The notes: a model not told the origin generated them from the letters alone. Positions 30,967-41,468 are shown, counted from the first letter of the stretch. The stretch is 64,000 nucleotides of DNA from an uncultured cyanobacterium (GCA_963703315.1 OY969811.1:3424001-3488000); one strand, 5' to 3'. Translations and numbers: made by a program.

Positions 30967-31698
30967 CTAGATAAATACCATAGGCTTGTTCTTAAATGGA
31001 GCGAAAGCTTCGGCATCAAAACGGTATAGGCTAGCAGGGCGACCTGCCCCCCGTGACGCTTTGATTCCTGTATCACTGAGAAATCCTAATTTCAATAAGC
31101 GAGTGCGGAAATTGGAATAGTCAGAAAAATTTTCGCCCAAAACTGTTGTATAGAGTTGATAGAGATCGCTAAGAGTAAATGCTTCAGGCAAGACATCAAA
31201 GGCAACAGGGCTATATTCCAATTTGTTGCAGAGGCGGCAATGTCCATATTCAAGAATGCGATTGTGATCAAAGGCAAGTTCAGGAACTTGCTTCACAGGA
31301 TACCATGCGATGCCACTAACTCCATCGGCAATTAGTTCCGCTTGAGAGAATGGAACTAGCGCAAAATAGCTAACGGATAGATAGCGCACAGCATAACTAT
31401 CAGGTGCTTCGCGAGGATCGCGTCCGATATCGCCAAAGGTGAAGAGTTGCTCCAAATAGAGATTTTTAGCACGGATTTTTTCCGAGAGGATGCGATAGGC
31501 GGCTTCTTCGAGGGATTCACCTTGTCGCACGAGGGTTCCGGGGAGACACCAGCGATCGCGATAGGGTTCATGGTGTCGCATCACCAGTAGCACCAATAGA
31601 CGATTCTGCTCAGTATCTACGGAAAAGATCACGTTATCGACACCGACCTTGAAGTCTGCCAAGGGTTTGGGGGCTATGGGGCGGGAATTGTCTGCCAT
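30967..31698 (-). CDS. nrtR: Nudix-related transcriptional regulator NrtR
   Basis: Degenerate Nudix domain (LEQLFTFG..GRDPR, LAFDH) plus wHTH (FTLSDL, NFR, GRPASLYRF); next to nadD. Confidence 0.88.
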   Translation of the reverse strand: MADNSRPIAPKPLADFKVGVDNVIFSVDTEQNRLLVLLVMRHHEPYRDRWCLPGTLVRQGESLEEAAYRILSEKIRAKNLYLEQLFTFGDIGRDPREAPDSYAVRYLSVSYFALVPFSQAELIADGVSGIAWYPVKQVPELAFDHNRILEYGHCRLCNKLEYSPVAFDVLPEAFTLSDLYQLYTTVLGENFSDYSNFRTRLLKLGFLSDTGIKASRGAGRPASLYRFDAEAFAPFKNKPMVFI

Positions 31699-32255
31699 GC
31701 GTAAAGCGACTCTTGTTGGATATATGCTGCGACTGTGGGTATTATGACTGAACTGTTGCCATTGTTGCGATAGTCTGACGAAGAAACATTAGGTATCGAG
31801 GTGGACTCAGGCGCGATCGCGACTTCAGTACCCATATTCACAAGGCGATCGATATCTGCATCAGCAATAGTTACACCTTGACGGGGAACTACTAGCAACT
31901 TAACCTGAGTGAGCAAATCTTCGGCGCGATACCATGTTGGTAACTGCGACACAAGGTCACCACCGATGACGAGGGTGAAGGTTGCCTCATGCCAGATTTG
32001 TTTAGCTTGTTCGACTGTATTGATCGTGCGTGGATGACTTAGTTCAGGATGGATCGTAATGGTATGGGCTTGGATCGCAGCGATGGTTAGCTCCATCATT
32101 TTGAGGCGATCGCTGAGGCTTGCCTGATGGGTTTTAAAAGGATTATCAGATACCCAAACCAATACGCGATCGTAATGGTTATCTAACCATTGCAAGATCT
32201 GTTGATGTCCAATACTAGGCGGATCAGCACTAGTTCCAAAAAGAGCAATATTCAT
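31674..32255 (-). CDS. nadD: Nicotinate-nucleotide adenylyltransferase
   Basis: ALFGTSADPPSIGH, LVIGGDL, VSSSDYR. Confidence 0.92.
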   Translation of the reverse strand: MNIALFGTSADPPSIGHQQILQWLDNHYDRVLVWVSDNPFKTHQASLSDRLKMMELTIAAIQAHTITIHPELSHPRTINTVEQAKQIWHEATFTLVIGGDLVSQLPTWYRAEDLLTQVKLLVVPRQGVTIADADIDRLVNMGTEVAIAPESTSIPNVSSSDYRNNGNSSVIIPTVAAYIQQESLYAWQTIPAP

Positions 32256-32274
32256 TTTTCCTGTAACTACACCA

Positions 32275-32445
32275 TTATCGCGATCGCCTATCTAATCTCT
32301 CATAAACAGCGATCATTGTAGCGCCACTGTCTACCAATCCAACTGTTTCAACTATCCGATCGCCTTGCTTTAACATCAGTGGAATTCTTGGAAGGCTATC
32401 AAACTCCTTTTGATTTGGGCTAGTGGTGGAATACTTGAAGCGCCT
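32275..32445 (-). pseudogene. Truncated retropepsin-like aspartic protease gene
   Basis: Unannotated frame reads RFKYSTTSPNQKEFDSLPRIPLMLKQGDRIVETVGLVDSGAT (DSG catalytic motif) and runs into a HIP1-bounded module at ATGATCGC; AGG stands where a start codon is expected. Confidence 0.7.
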
Positions 32446-32451
32446 AGGTTA

Positions 32452-32664
32452 TTAATGGTTTGTGTCTGATTGTTTAAGGGCTTCCATTAAGATTGCACCA
32501 GCACCAAACATATCGTAGGGTGTCGGCAGGTCATAGGTTTTAAATGGTTCGATTGGTGCAATATCTTCAGCAATATCCAAGTCTTCTACAAGCACCCGAA
32601 TTAGTTTGAGCTTTTCAATGGCAGTAAGCCGCCGCGCTGCTGGAATTACTTCGGCTAATGTCAT
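32452..32664 (-). CDS. Small hypothetical protein (antitoxin-like partner upstream of the retropepsin remnant)
   Basis: 70 aa; N-terminal helical motif similar to the 40846 protein. Confidence 0.65.
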   Translation of the reverse strand: MTLAEVIPAARRLTAIEKLKLIRVLVEDLDIAEDIAPIEPFKTYDLPTPYDMFGAGAILMEALKQSDTNH

Positions 32665-32716
32665 GTTGTTGTCTCCATAATTTGAAAACTCGTACTTCTA
32701 GCTTACTTGATAAACA

Positions 32717-32755
32717 GCGATCGCCCCTCAAAAAAATCAATCAACCAGCGATCGC
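32717..32755. repeat. HIP1-spacer-HIP1 module
   Basis: GCGATCGC-ccctcaaaaaaatcaatcaacca-GCGATCGC; related spacers at 33241 and 33296. Confidence 0.75.
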
Positions 32756-32772
32756 GATTTCAAGTTTTTGAA

Positions 32773-32961
32773 TTATTTTGGTAATGGAACGCTTAAATCT
32801 TTGCAAATCTTTTTTGCTAGGTTTTCATCAATTTCAGTATGACGCGGTATGGAGGAGCGACGGTTTTGGCTAGGATTTCCCCACCATGAATGTCTTCCAC
32901 CTTCTCTAATTAGCTCACAGCCATGATTACGAAGATGACGCAGTAAGTCAGAACGTTTCAT
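32773..32961 (-). CDS. hicA: HicA-family toxin
   Basis: REGGRHSWW...IPRHTEIDENLAKKICKDL. Confidence 0.9.
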   Translation of the reverse strand: MKRSDLLRHLRNHGCELIREGGRHSWWGNPSQNRRSSIPRHTEIDENLAKKICKDLSVPLPK

Positions 32962-33170
32962 AGTGCTATTAGTTCTTCTTCATAAACATCGCCAGCAGCT
33001 TCTATTGCTTCATAACGATTAAAGTCAAGTGCTTCTTTTAGGGTTACACGAAGGCTTTCTAAAAGTTCTTCTTTTGTAGCTTCTTGACAATTTATGCCTG
33101 ATATTTCTTCAATCCAGCCAATCCACCAGTTGTTAGATTGCTTTATAACTGCGGTAAATGATTCTTTCAT
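32958..33170 (-). CDS. hicB: HicB-family antitoxin (short form)
   Basis: WIGWIEEISGINCQEATKEELLESL; 4-bp overlap with hicA. Confidence 0.88.
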   Translation of the reverse strand: MKESFTAVIKQSNNWWIGWIEEISGINCQEATKEELLESLRVTLKEALDFNRYEAIEAAGDVYEEELIAL

Positions 33171-33232
33171 TATGGCTAAATCCTCAATGATTTGCATCCA
33201 TCATAACTCATCAGCAATCTCTATACAAGATA

Positions 33233-33325
33233 GCGATCGCCCCTCTAAAAAATCAACCAGCGATCGCCTCTCCATCACCACAAACATCGGATCGCCCCTC
33301 TAGAAATCAATCAAACAGCGATCGC
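33233..33325. repeat. Four HIP1/HIP1-like sites separated by 19-22-nt spacers
   Basis: Sites at 33233, 33260, 33288 (CGGATCGC) and 33318; last base overlaps the relE stop codon. Confidence 0.8.
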
Positions 33326-33585
33326 TATCTATATACATCTCTCCGATGAGCAACTTTCACCACAGTAACCAAAAGTATTCGATCCTGTATTTCGTAAACA
33401 ACGCGATAGTTACTAAAAACGCGAATTCTATACAGATTAACTTCCCCTTTTAACTTCTTGCATCCATCAGGGCGTGGGTTATTCGCTAGTAACTCAATCT
33501 CTGAAATAATTACTTTCCTAGCAGTTTCATCAAGCTTGCGAATCTCTTTCAAAACAGAGGGCTTAAAGCCAATTTCGTATGGCAT
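33325..33585 (-). CDS. relE: RelE/ParE-family toxin
   Basis: NPRPDGCKKLKG..YRIRV..YRVVYEI...VAHRRDVYR. Confidence 0.92.
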   Translation of the reverse strand: MPYEIGFKPSVLKEIRKLDETARKVIISEIELLANNPRPDGCKKLKGEVNLYRIRVFSNYRVVYEIQDRILLVTVVKVAHRRDVYR

Positions 33586-33846
33586 CTAAATAATTCCCAA
33601 TTCCTTTTTGACATCTGCCAAAGTAATAAATCCATCCTCCTGTAAAGCGATTTTTGCATCCGCAATATCTTCAGCATCTTCCATTTCCTCTAAAACTTGG
33701 TTTAGTATCGTCTTAGAAGAAATGGAGCCTATGGCGGTATTTATCTGACTCTGACGAAACAGGCGAACTAGCCTCAATAATTCTGGAATATACTCTTCGG
33801 GAGTTTGTTCAAGTTCTGATAATAGTTCAAGACGTGGGTTTACCAT
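33586..33846 (-). CDS. Antitoxin (DUF2281-like N-terminus, acidic C-terminus)
   Basis: Immediately upstream of relE; EMEDAEDIADA...ITLADVKKELG. Confidence 0.75.
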   Translation of the reverse strand: MVNPRLELLSELEQTPEEYIPELLRLVRLFRQSQINTAIGSISSKTILNQVLEEMEDAEDIADAKIALQEDGFITLADVKKELGII

Positions 33847-33929
33847 TAAATTCACCTTGCACAAATTTTGTAAAAATCAAGGTGAGCCATTTATAGACTC
33901 ACCCTAAATATTATACGCAAATCAACTAA

Positions 33930-36530
33930 CTACTTCGCGATCGCAGGCATACCCAAAATGTCCTCAATGCGAGGCATATCCTCCAATGAAATCACCCGAC
34001 CTTGATCTTCAAAATTGGAGATTTGATCAAAATTGAGATAGCGGTAGAGGTCACTGGCAAAGGGATCGATCTTCTTAGTGACGATCGCTTGATATTCTTC
34101 CACGGTTGGAATCTTACCTAGCAAGGCACAGACCGCCGCGAGTTCGGCGGAACCGAGATAGACTTGAGCATCCTTGCCCATGCGATTATTGAAGTTGCGG
34201 GTGGAAGTGGAGAAGACGGTTGCGCCATCGGCAACACGAGCTTGATTACCCATGCAGAGAGAGCAGCCAGGGACTTCCGTTCTGGCTCCAGCGACACCGA
34301 AGGTGCTGTAGATTCCTTCTTCTTTGAGTTGGAACTCGTCCATGCGGGTAGGTGGTGCGACCCAGAGACGGGCTTTCACGGCGGCTTCCTTTTCGAGAAC
34401 CTTAGCGGCGGCGCGGTAATGTCCGATATTGGTCATGCAGGAACCGATAAAGACCTCATCCACGCGATCGCCTGCTACTTCGGAGAGCAACTTCACATTA
34501 TCAGGATCGTTAGGTGCAGCGACAATTGGCTCCTTGATTTCATTGAGATCGATCTCGATGATTTCTGCATATTCGGCATCAGGATCGGCTTCCATTAATA
34601 CAGGATTAGCGAGCCATTCTTCCATTTTAGCGATACGGCGCAAGAGCGTCTTGGCATCGCTGTAGCCACGAGCGATCATGTTCTTCATGAGCGCGACATT
34701 CGATCGCAAGTACTCGGCAACGGTTTCTGTACTGAGCTTAATCGTGCTGCCAGAGCAGGAACGTTCGGCAGTGGCATCAGTGAGTTCAAAGGCTTGTTCC
34801 ACTTTCAGATTGGGTAAACCTTCGATTTCCATAATCCGACCTGCGAAGACATTCTTTTTGTTCTTTTTCTCAACGGTGAGCAAGCCTCGTTGAATGGCAA
34901 TATAAGGAATGGCATTGACGACATCGCGGAGGGTGACACCAGCTTGCAACTCGCCTGTGAAGCGCACTAGAACGGACTCAGGCATATCGAGGGGCATGAT
35001 GCCAAGGGCGGCGGCGAAGGCGACTAGTCCTGAACCTGCGGGGAAAGAAATGCCCAAGGGGAAACGGGTATGGGAATCGCCACCAGTACCGACGGTATCG
35101 GGCATGAGCATTCTATTTAACCAAGAATGGATAATACCATCGTTGGGACGTAGGGCAACGCCGCCACGATTGGAGAAGAAGTCGGGAAGTTCCTTATGGG
35201 TTTTGATGTCGGTGGGTTTGGGATAGGCGGCAGTATGGCAGAAGCTCTGCATCACCAAGTCAGCGCTAAATCCTAAGCAAGCGAGTTCCTGCAATTCATC
35301 GCGGGTCATTGGTCCCGTTGTATCTTGGGAACCAACGGTTGTCATTAAGGGTTCGCAGGAAGTGTAGGGACGCACACCAGCAACGCCGCAAGCTTTGCCC
35401 ACCATCTTTTGGGCGAGGGTGTAGCCTTTGCCTGTGTCGGCAGGAGTGGCGGGAAGGATGAACACATCGCTAGCGGGAAGTCCTAAAGCTTGACGGGTTC
35501 TGGCGGTGAGGCTGCGACCAATCAAGAGAGGAATGCGACCACCTGCGCGAACTTCATCGGCGATCGTGTCAGGGGTGAGGCTGAAGGTGGAGAGAGTTTC
35601 ACCTGCGGCGTTCGTGATTTTACCTTCGCGAGTATGAATCGTAATCACATCGCCTGTTTCCAATTTGGTGACATCGCACTGAATTGGTAAGGCTCCCGCA
35701 TCTTCAGCAGTGTTAAAGAAGATCGGTGCGATCGTGCTTCCCAAAATTACACCGCCCGATCGCTTGTTGGGAATAAAGGGAATATCGTTGCCAATGTGCC
35801 ACAGCACCGAGTTAATCGCCGATTTGCGCGAAGAACCTGTTCCCACCACATCACCGACAAAGGCGACGGGATGCCCTTTTTGCTTGAGTTCGGCAATGGT
35901 TTGCAGACCCGTTGGCATCATTGATTCCAACATACAGAGCGCGTGGAGGGGAATGTCAGGACGCGAGAATGCCTGAGAAGCAGGAGAGAAGTCATCGGTA
36001 TTGATTTCTCCTGTGACTTTAAATACGGTCACGGTCACAGTTTCAGGTAAGGCAGGACGGCTAGTAAACCATTCCGCCGCCGCCCATGAATCGATGACCG
36101 CTTTAGCTCTGGCGTTAGTTTTCGATAATTCTAAAACTTGATTAAAAGCATCAAATACTAGCAGCGTCTTCTTGAGAGCCGTCGCCGCCAAGTCACCTAA
36201 ATCATCATTAGTTAACAAATCGATCAGGGTCTGCACGTTATAGCCACCGACCATCGTGCCGAGCAATTCCACCGCATAGGCTGGACTAACTAGGGAGGAT
36301 GTGAGTTCACCCTTAGCGATCGCCGTTAGCCATCCTGCTTTCACATAAGCAGCTTGATCGACCCCAGGGGGAATGCGATCGCGTAGTAAGGCTAGTAAAA
36401 ACTCCTCTTCGCCTGTGGGGGGATTTTGCAATAGCTCACAAAGGGCTGAGGCTTGTTGAGCATTGAGGGGTAGAGGGGGGATTCCTTGGGCTGCGCGTTC
36501 GGCAACATGATCACGGTAGGCTGATAACAT
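33930..36530 (-). CDS. acnB: Aconitate hydratase B
   Basis: [40 protein letters not shown]. Confidence 0.98.
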   Translation of the reverse strand: MLSAYRDHVAERAAQGIPPLPLNAQQASALCELLQNPPTGEEEFLLALLRDRIPPGVDQAAYVKAGWLTAIAKGELTSSLVSPAYAVELLGTMVGGYNVQTLIDLLTNDDLGDLAATALKKTLLVFDAFNQVLELSKTNARAKAVIDSWAAAEWFTSRPALPETVTVTVFKVTGEINTDDFSPASQAFSRPDIPLHALCMLESMMPTGLQTIAELKQKGHPVAFVGDVVGTGSSRKSAINSVLWHIGNDIPFIPNKRSGGVILGSTIAPIFFNTAEDAGALPIQCDVTKLETGDVITIHTREGKITNAAGETLSTFSLTPDTIADEVRAGGRIPLLIGRSLTARTRQALGLPASDVFILPATPADTGKGYTLAQKMVGKACGVAGVRPYTSCEPLMTTVGSQDTTGPMTRDELQELACLGFSADLVMQSFCHTAAYPKPTDIKTHKELPDFFSNRGGVALRPNDGIIHSWLNRMLMPDTVGTGGDSHTRFPLGISFPAGSGLVAFAAALGIMPLDMPESVLVRFTGELQAGVTLRDVVNAIPYIAIQRGLLTVEKKNKKNVFAGRIMEIEGLPNLKVEQAFELTDATAERSCSGSTIKLSTETVAEYLRSNVALMKNMIARGYSDAKTLLRRIAKMEEWLANPVLMEADPDAEYAEIIEIDLNEIKEPIVAAPNDPDNVKLLSEVAGDRVDEVFIGSCMTNIGHYRAAAKVLEKEAAVKARLWVAPPTRMDEFQLKEEGIYSTFGVAGARTEVPGCSLCMGNQARVADGATVFSTSTRNFNNRMGKDAQVYLGSAELAAVCALLGKIPTVEEYQAIVTKKIDPFASDLYRYLNFDQISNFEDQGRVISLEDMPRIEDILGMPAIAK

Positions 36531-36679
36531 ACTTCGTTATTTCTGATTCTTTGACAAGTTTGTACAAGTGTGAGTGTGCTAAGCACGCTCACACTTGTTT
36601 AAATATTATCGATCCTAATCAACTTTGGTGCGTAAATTCTGTTTGCTACGATGCGATCACCGAAATTGACAATTCGTGA

Positions 36680-38287
36680 TTATAAATTTTCCTGAAAAGT
36701 GAAATGAAAACTTGTACCTACAGAACAGGATAAATCTAAATTAGCTCTCAATTGTTGCGCCAAAATTTTCACTAATCGGAGTCCGAGCGAATTAGTTCCA
36801 CTAAAGTCAACATTTTCAGGAAGACCAATTCCATTATCTCGAATAATCAAATGTAAATTGCGATCATCGGTAGACTCGTATAAAATCACCTCAATTAATC
36901 CTGTCATCTTGTTTGGAAATGCATATTTAAAAGCATTAGTTAATAGCTCATTCACGATTAGCCCCATGGAAATTGCCATGTCGATATTTAGTAAAGTGGA
37001 ACTAATATCTAGCTTTAATTCAATTTGAGTGATATTAAAACTTGTAGAACTATAGAGATTACTAACCAAACGCTGTAAATATTCACAAAAATCAACTTTA
37101 TCCACATCATGAGATTGATATAACTGCTCATGAATCAGTGACATTGTGTGAATCCGACGTTGGCTGTCTGAGAGTGATTTGAGGGCTTCTACATCATTGA
37201 CATACCGAGCTTGCATTGATAGTAAACTATCAATCACACTCAGATTGTTCTTAACACGATGATGGACTTCTCTTAACAGAACTTCCTTTTCTACAAGGGA
37301 TGCTTGTAGCCTTGTTTCTACTTCCTTTAACTCAGTAATATCTGAAGCAGAACCAATTATTTGCTTAACCGTGCCATCAGAATTGCGTAGAAATACAGTC
37401 TCTTGGCTATAAAACCATTTCCACTTACCATGAACATCTTTCATCCGATATTCAATAAGAAACAAATCTTCCAGTTTTTGATTACGGATATGATGATGAT
37501 GTTCTGCTATTTTTACCAAATCATCAGGATGCATAATAATTGCAAGCATTGACGCACCCATTGCATGAACCTCTAAGGAAGAATAACCAAGAATATGGTT
37601 AATTGTCTGGTTGCAATAAATATTACGTTTTTCTTCAAGATCGTAAATATAGAGAATATTGGGAATTGTATCGGCAATCCTTTGGATAAATTGCTGACTT
37701 TCTTTGAGTGCTTGTTCAGCTTGTTTGCGTGTCAGGGCGATCGCGATATAAGTAACGACTGTCTGCATTAATTGAACTTCTTCTTCTGTAAACTGTCGCG
37801 GCGTATCGAAATACGCGACAATATCACCTAAATGTCGATGTTCGTACTCTAATGGGAAGACAGCGATCGCACCAATACTTTCAGATTGACAGATACTCTG
37901 CAAGGTAGAATCGCTAGGTAGGATCGCGCAATAAGGGAAAGACCGAAATCTTGCTTCTACTTGATGGGATGGATCTTCAAAAAAAGTCTCGATAGATCGC
38001 TTATATCCTTGACTAATACCAATCGATGCTCGGTATTTTAGACTGTGATAAGCATTCGTAGTGATTACGGCTGCTCGTGAAGTTCGTAAAGCAGGACAGA
38101 TTCCATTTAAAGCAATTTGATAGATTTCATTAATTGTTTGCGCGGCATTCAAAGCCGATACAAAATCGTACATTAACTTTAAACGATGCAGTTGCAAATT
38201 TAAGCGATCTTCAGCCATTTGCTGATCGGCGATCGTTTGCACTAATTGAAGATTGACCTCTCTAAGTTCAGGATGTAGTTTAGGCAT
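36680..38287 (-). CDS. GAF-PAS sensor histidine kinase (HisKA_2/HWE type)
   Basis: EVHHRVKNNL, NELLTNAFKYAF, DNGIG; PAS HPDD; start placed at MPKL. Confidence 0.9.
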   Translation of the reverse strand: MPKLHPELREVNLQLVQTIADQQMAEDRLNLQLHRLKLMYDFVSALNAAQTINEIYQIALNGICPALRTSRAAVITTNAYHSLKYRASIGISQGYKRSIETFFEDPSHQVEARFRSFPYCAILPSDSTLQSICQSESIGAIAVFPLEYEHRHLGDIVAYFDTPRQFTEEEVQLMQTVVTYIAIALTRKQAEQALKESQQFIQRIADTIPNILYIYDLEEKRNIYCNQTINHILGYSSLEVHAMGASMLAIIMHPDDLVKIAEHHHHIRNQKLEDLFLIEYRMKDVHGKWKWFYSQETVFLRNSDGTVKQIIGSASDITELKEVETRLQASLVEKEVLLREVHHRVKNNLSVIDSLLSMQARYVNDVEALKSLSDSQRRIHTMSLIHEQLYQSHDVDKVDFCEYLQRLVSNLYSSTSFNITQIELKLDISSTLLNIDMAISMGLIVNELLTNAFKYAFPNKMTGLIEVILYESTDDRNLHLIIRDNGIGLPENVDFSGTNSLGLRLVKILAQQLRANLDLSCSVGTSFHFTFQENL

Positions 38288-39668
38288 GGGACTCACCTCC
38301 AACGATCGCATTCTTAATTCTCAAACTAGGAGAACCGCAACCAACGGCTAATCCACTTTGTCCACCTTTGCCACAGCCGCCCGACTCATCCCATAAGAAG
38401 TCATTACCGATCGCCTCAATATCTGCAAGAGTTTCAAACACATTTCCTGACAGGGTTACATCTTTGACAGGCTCAGCGATTTGACCATTGCGAATCATCC
38501 AAGCTTCACCTGCGGTAAACGTGAACATCTCGCCATTAGTCATGCCACCTTGCCAGTTTTTGGCATAGACACCCACAGGAATATCGTTAAACAACTCAGC
38601 CACAGGCGTTTTACCACGCTCAATCCAAGTATTAGTCATGCGAACAATCGGTGGGTAATGGTAATCGAGACATCGGGCGTTGCCAGTTACTTGTTCACCC
38701 AATTTCCCTGCGGTCTCACGGGAATGGAGTCTGCCAACTAATACGCCATCTTGAATTAATTGAGTTGTGGTCGCGGGGACACCTTCATCGTCATAGAGAT
38801 AACTGCCGCGATGTTCAGGGGGGGCAGCACCATCAAAAATCTGTAAGTCGGCGGAACCAAATTTGCGACCGATACTCATGGTTTCGAGCATATCGGGATT
38901 TTCGTACAGCATATCGGCTTCGGAAAGATGTCCAAAAGCTTCATGGACAAATAATCCTGCCAAAATCGGATCGAGCACCACCGTATAGGCATTGCCCTGA
39001 ACCACTGGTAAATCAAGCGCCGTTACTGCTCGTTGGGCTGCACCAATTACCTGCGCGTCCAAATTAACTAAATCTGTATAGGAACGCCTTGAGCCAAAGG
39101 TTTCTCGACCAGTCTGGACAGTATCACCATTCCTCGCGGTTGCCGAGCAGCGCATTTCCCAATCCGCCCATTCTTGTTCAATGATCGTTCCTTCGGAAGT
39201 GGCAAATAAAACCTGCTGGGTACAGTCACCATAGCGCACAGCAGTACTAACTACGCGGTCAGATACCGATCGCAAAATTTCCCCATAATGAGCGCATAAA
39301 TTCTTTTTATCAATTAGTGCAATCTGTTGCGGACTTTCTTGAATGAGGGATACTTTTGCTTGAATGGGTTCGACTGCTGCTAGCACAGTTTCCTCATTGC
39401 CAACCCATTTAGCAGCAGCGATCGCCTCTTGTAATTTAATTTCTAAACTATTCAGATCATTAAAACTTGCAAATCCCCACCCGCCGCGATGACAAGCTCT
39501 CACCTGCCCACCAATTGAAATGCCCGTACTCAGAGTTTCGATTTTGCCACTGCGTAAAAATATATCTGCCCCCTGCGATCGCTCTAATCGAATTGCCAAA
39601 AAATCTACATGGGGCTTGTATTGCTGCACTAAACTCGAAATCTGATCTTTAACTTGCCATATATCCAT
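38280..39668 (-). CDS. tldD: TldD-family metalloprotease
   Basis: HEAFGHLSEAD, YDDEG, RMTNT, CGKGGQ. Confidence 0.93.
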   Translation of the reverse strand: MDIWQVKDQISSLVQQYKPHVDFLAIRLERSQGADIFLRSGKIETLSTGISIGGQVRACHRGGWGFASFNDLNSLEIKLQEAIAAAKWVGNEETVLAAVEPIQAKVSLIQESPQQIALIDKKNLCAHYGEILRSVSDRVVSTAVRYGDCTQQVLFATSEGTIIEQEWADWEMRCSATARNGDTVQTGRETFGSRRSYTDLVNLDAQVIGAAQRAVTALDLPVVQGNAYTVVLDPILAGLFVHEAFGHLSEADMLYENPDMLETMSIGRKFGSADLQIFDGAAPPEHRGSYLYDDEGVPATTTQLIQDGVLVGRLHSRETAGKLGEQVTGNARCLDYHYPPIVRMTNTWIERGKTPVAELFNDIPVGVYAKNWQGGMTNGEMFTFTAGEAWMIRNGQIAEPVKDVTLSGNVFETLADIEAIGNDFLWDESGGCGKGGQSGLAVGCGSPSLRIKNAIVGGESHA

Positions 39669-39763
39669 GTGTAAAGCTCACCAAAAAGATCTATATGCGT
39701 CTCAGAGCTAATTATTACACAAAAAAATCGCCTTTATATCTAAAATATGTATTCAAATTAATA

Positions 39764-39793
39764 TTGACAACTGAATATTTAAAGTGTGATGAT
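39764..39793 (+). promoter_or_regulatory. Sigma70-type promoter upstream of the Abi gene
   Basis: TTGACA at 39764 and TGn-GATGAT at 39785-39793. Confidence 0.5.
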
Positions 39794-39799
39794 GTGTCT

Positions 39800-39858
39800 A
39801 ACAAAACCCGCCAAGGCTATGCGAAAGTACCCTGAAACTGTGCGGGTTCCTTAGTTTT
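39800..39858 (+). ncRNA. Candidate abiF-associated structured RNA (possible RNA antitoxin)
   Basis: GC-rich outer stem AACCCGC (39805)/GCGGGTT (39842) enclosing a GAAA-capped inner hairpin, between promoter and AbiF start. Confidence 0.55.
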
Positions 39859-39868
39859 TAAGATATTA

Positions 39869-40765
39869 ATGTCACGCGATTTCGCCAAACCTGCTAAAAC
39901 TTTTGAAGAGCAGGTGCAATTACTTCAGTCACGGGGAATGATAGTTGACGATTTACAAGAAGCGAGATTTTATCTTCAGCATCTTAACTACTACAGACTT
40001 GGTGCATATTGGCTTGATTTTGAATTAGACCATGCTACACATCAGTTTAAGCCTGATACAAATTTTAAAGATGTGCTTAAACTTTATATTTTTGACCGAG
40101 AGCTTCGGTTGTTAGTTTTGGATGGTATTGAACGAATAGAAGTATCTGTGAGGAGTCAATGGGCTTATTATTTGGCGCATCGCCATAGTCCTCATGCTCA
40201 TCTCGATTCTACTCTGTTCGATCCTAAATATTGGAGAATGAACCTAAATGATTTAACGAAGGAAGTAAATCGTTCAAAAGAGATTTTTATTCAACATCTA
40301 ACAAACAATTACAATGAGGCACTTCCACCAGTTTGGGCAATATGTGAGGTTATGTCTTTGGGCTTGCTTTCTCGATGGTATGACAGCCTTAAACCTGTTC
40401 AAACTCGTCGGGTGATTTCGCGTGTTTATGGAATAAATGAAGATGTTTTGGAGTCTTGGCTTCGTCACCTTTCAGCAGTGCGAAATCTTTGCGCTCATCA
40501 TTCGCGATTATGGAATCGTCAATTTGGGATTACGATAAAAAGCCCTCCCCGCAAGGGTAATGTGATCGCTGGTCAGTTAGTCAAAGGATCTCGCAACCTG
40601 TATAACACTTTGGTGATTCTGTTGTACTTTATGGATACGATCGCCCCAAACCATCATTTGCGATCGCGTCTTCTCAAGTTACTTTCTGAGCAGCCAGAGA
40701 GATTAGTTGCTATGGGTTTTCCTGTTAATTGGCAGCAGATGGGTATTTGGCAAGATATCGTATAG
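39869..40765 (+). CDS. Abi_2 (AbiD/AbiF) family HEPN protein
   Basis: [42 protein letters not shown] motif [13 protein letters not shown]. Confidence 0.92.
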   Translation: MSRDFAKPAKTFEEQVQLLQSRGMIVDDLQEARFYLQHLNYYRLGAYWLDFELDHATHQFKPDTNFKDVLKLYIFDRELRLLVLDGIERIEVSVRSQWAYYLAHRHSPHAHLDSTLFDPKYWRMNLNDLTKEVNRSKEIFIQHLTNNYNEALPPVWAICEVMSLGLLSRWYDSLKPVQTRRVISRVYGINEDVLESWLRHLSAVRNLCAHHSRLWNRQFGITIKSPPRKGNVIAGQLVKGSRNLYNTLVILLYFMDTIAPNHHLRSRLLKLLSEQPERLVAMGFPVNWQQMGIWQDIV

Positions 40766-40802
40766 CGCACCTTCAATCTCTGTGAAAATAAATAGCGATC
40801 GC
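40761..40802 (+). repeat. Cassette-junction module alpha, copy 1 (left HIP1 degenerate)
   Basis: accttcaatctctgtgaaaataaata (26 nt) + GCGATCGC at 40795. Confidence 0.75.
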
Positions 40803-40845
40803 AAGCCAGTAAAATAAATAGCATCGTTATTTTAGGTTTGTAGTT

Positions 40846-41097
40846 ATGACCTTCACCGAGTTATTGCCGAAGCTTCAAAAACTAAACCCTTCCGATAAAC
40901 TTAGGGCTATTCAGTTTTTAGCGACTGAATTATCAAAAATAGAAAATTTTGCCATTGATGATACTGAATCTCAATCTTGGTTAGAAGCTGATTTGACTAA
41001 TGATTTGCCTGAGTATGACTGGGGAGAAGAGGGAATACCAAGTATGAAGCCTGTGGAATATGTTTCTGGTATTGGTTTAGTGGTAAAGGCAGGATAG
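40846..41097 (+). CDS. Putative antitoxin of the PemK/MazF toxin
   Basis: 83 aa acidic protein 5 bp upstream of the toxin. Confidence 0.7.
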   Translation: MTFTELLPKLQKLNPSDKLRAIQFLATELSKIENFAIDDTESQSWLEADLTNDLPEYDWGEEGIPSMKPVEYVSGIGLVVKAG

Positions 41098-41102
41098 AGA
41101 TT

Positions 41103-41468
41103 TTGAATAATCAGCTTCTCAAATGTGGTGATGTTGTTTTTGTTAACCTGCCGTCTCATAACCCTAAAGGACATGAACAGGAAGGGAGAAGACCTGCTGT
41201 AATTGTTGGTGTACCTTTGGGAGATGTGCGTTATCCTGTTGCGGTTGTGGTTCCCTTAACTACTCAATTTGGTGGCTGGGTCAATAGAAATTCTGCACTA
41301 TATCCAATTATTCAAGCTGGAACTGCGGGATTACCTCAGAAATCAGTTGCTTTGTGCGATCAAATAAGGGCGGTGGATATCCAGAGAGTAATTGGATATT
41401 TGGGTAGCCTAAGTTTTGAGCAATATTTGCCGATTATTGATGGAGTAAGACGGGTTTTGGATTTGTAA
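41103..41468 (+). CDS. PemK/MazF-family toxin
   Basis: GDVVFVNL...GHEQEGRRPAVIV...VVPLTT...SVALCDQIRAVD. Confidence 0.92.
   Translation: MNNQLLKCGDVVFVNLPSHNPKGHEQEGRRPAVIVGVPLGDVRYPVAVVVPLTTQFGGWVNRNSALYPIIQAGTAGLPQKSVALCDQIRAVDIQRVIGYLGSLSFEQYLPIIDGVRRVLDL

Noticed and set aside
33233..33325. Repeat-spacer pattern suggesting a mini-CRISPR array (also 47862-47954 and 48861-48927)
   Set aside because: The repeat is only the 8-bp HIP1, the spacers are related to one another rather than unique, and no cas genes are present
33930..36530. Visibly higher GC and several antisense ORFs in acnB, suggesting horizontal transfer or overlapping genes
   Set aside because: Consistent with codon bias of a conserved, highly expressed gene; it contains HIP1 sites like host genes
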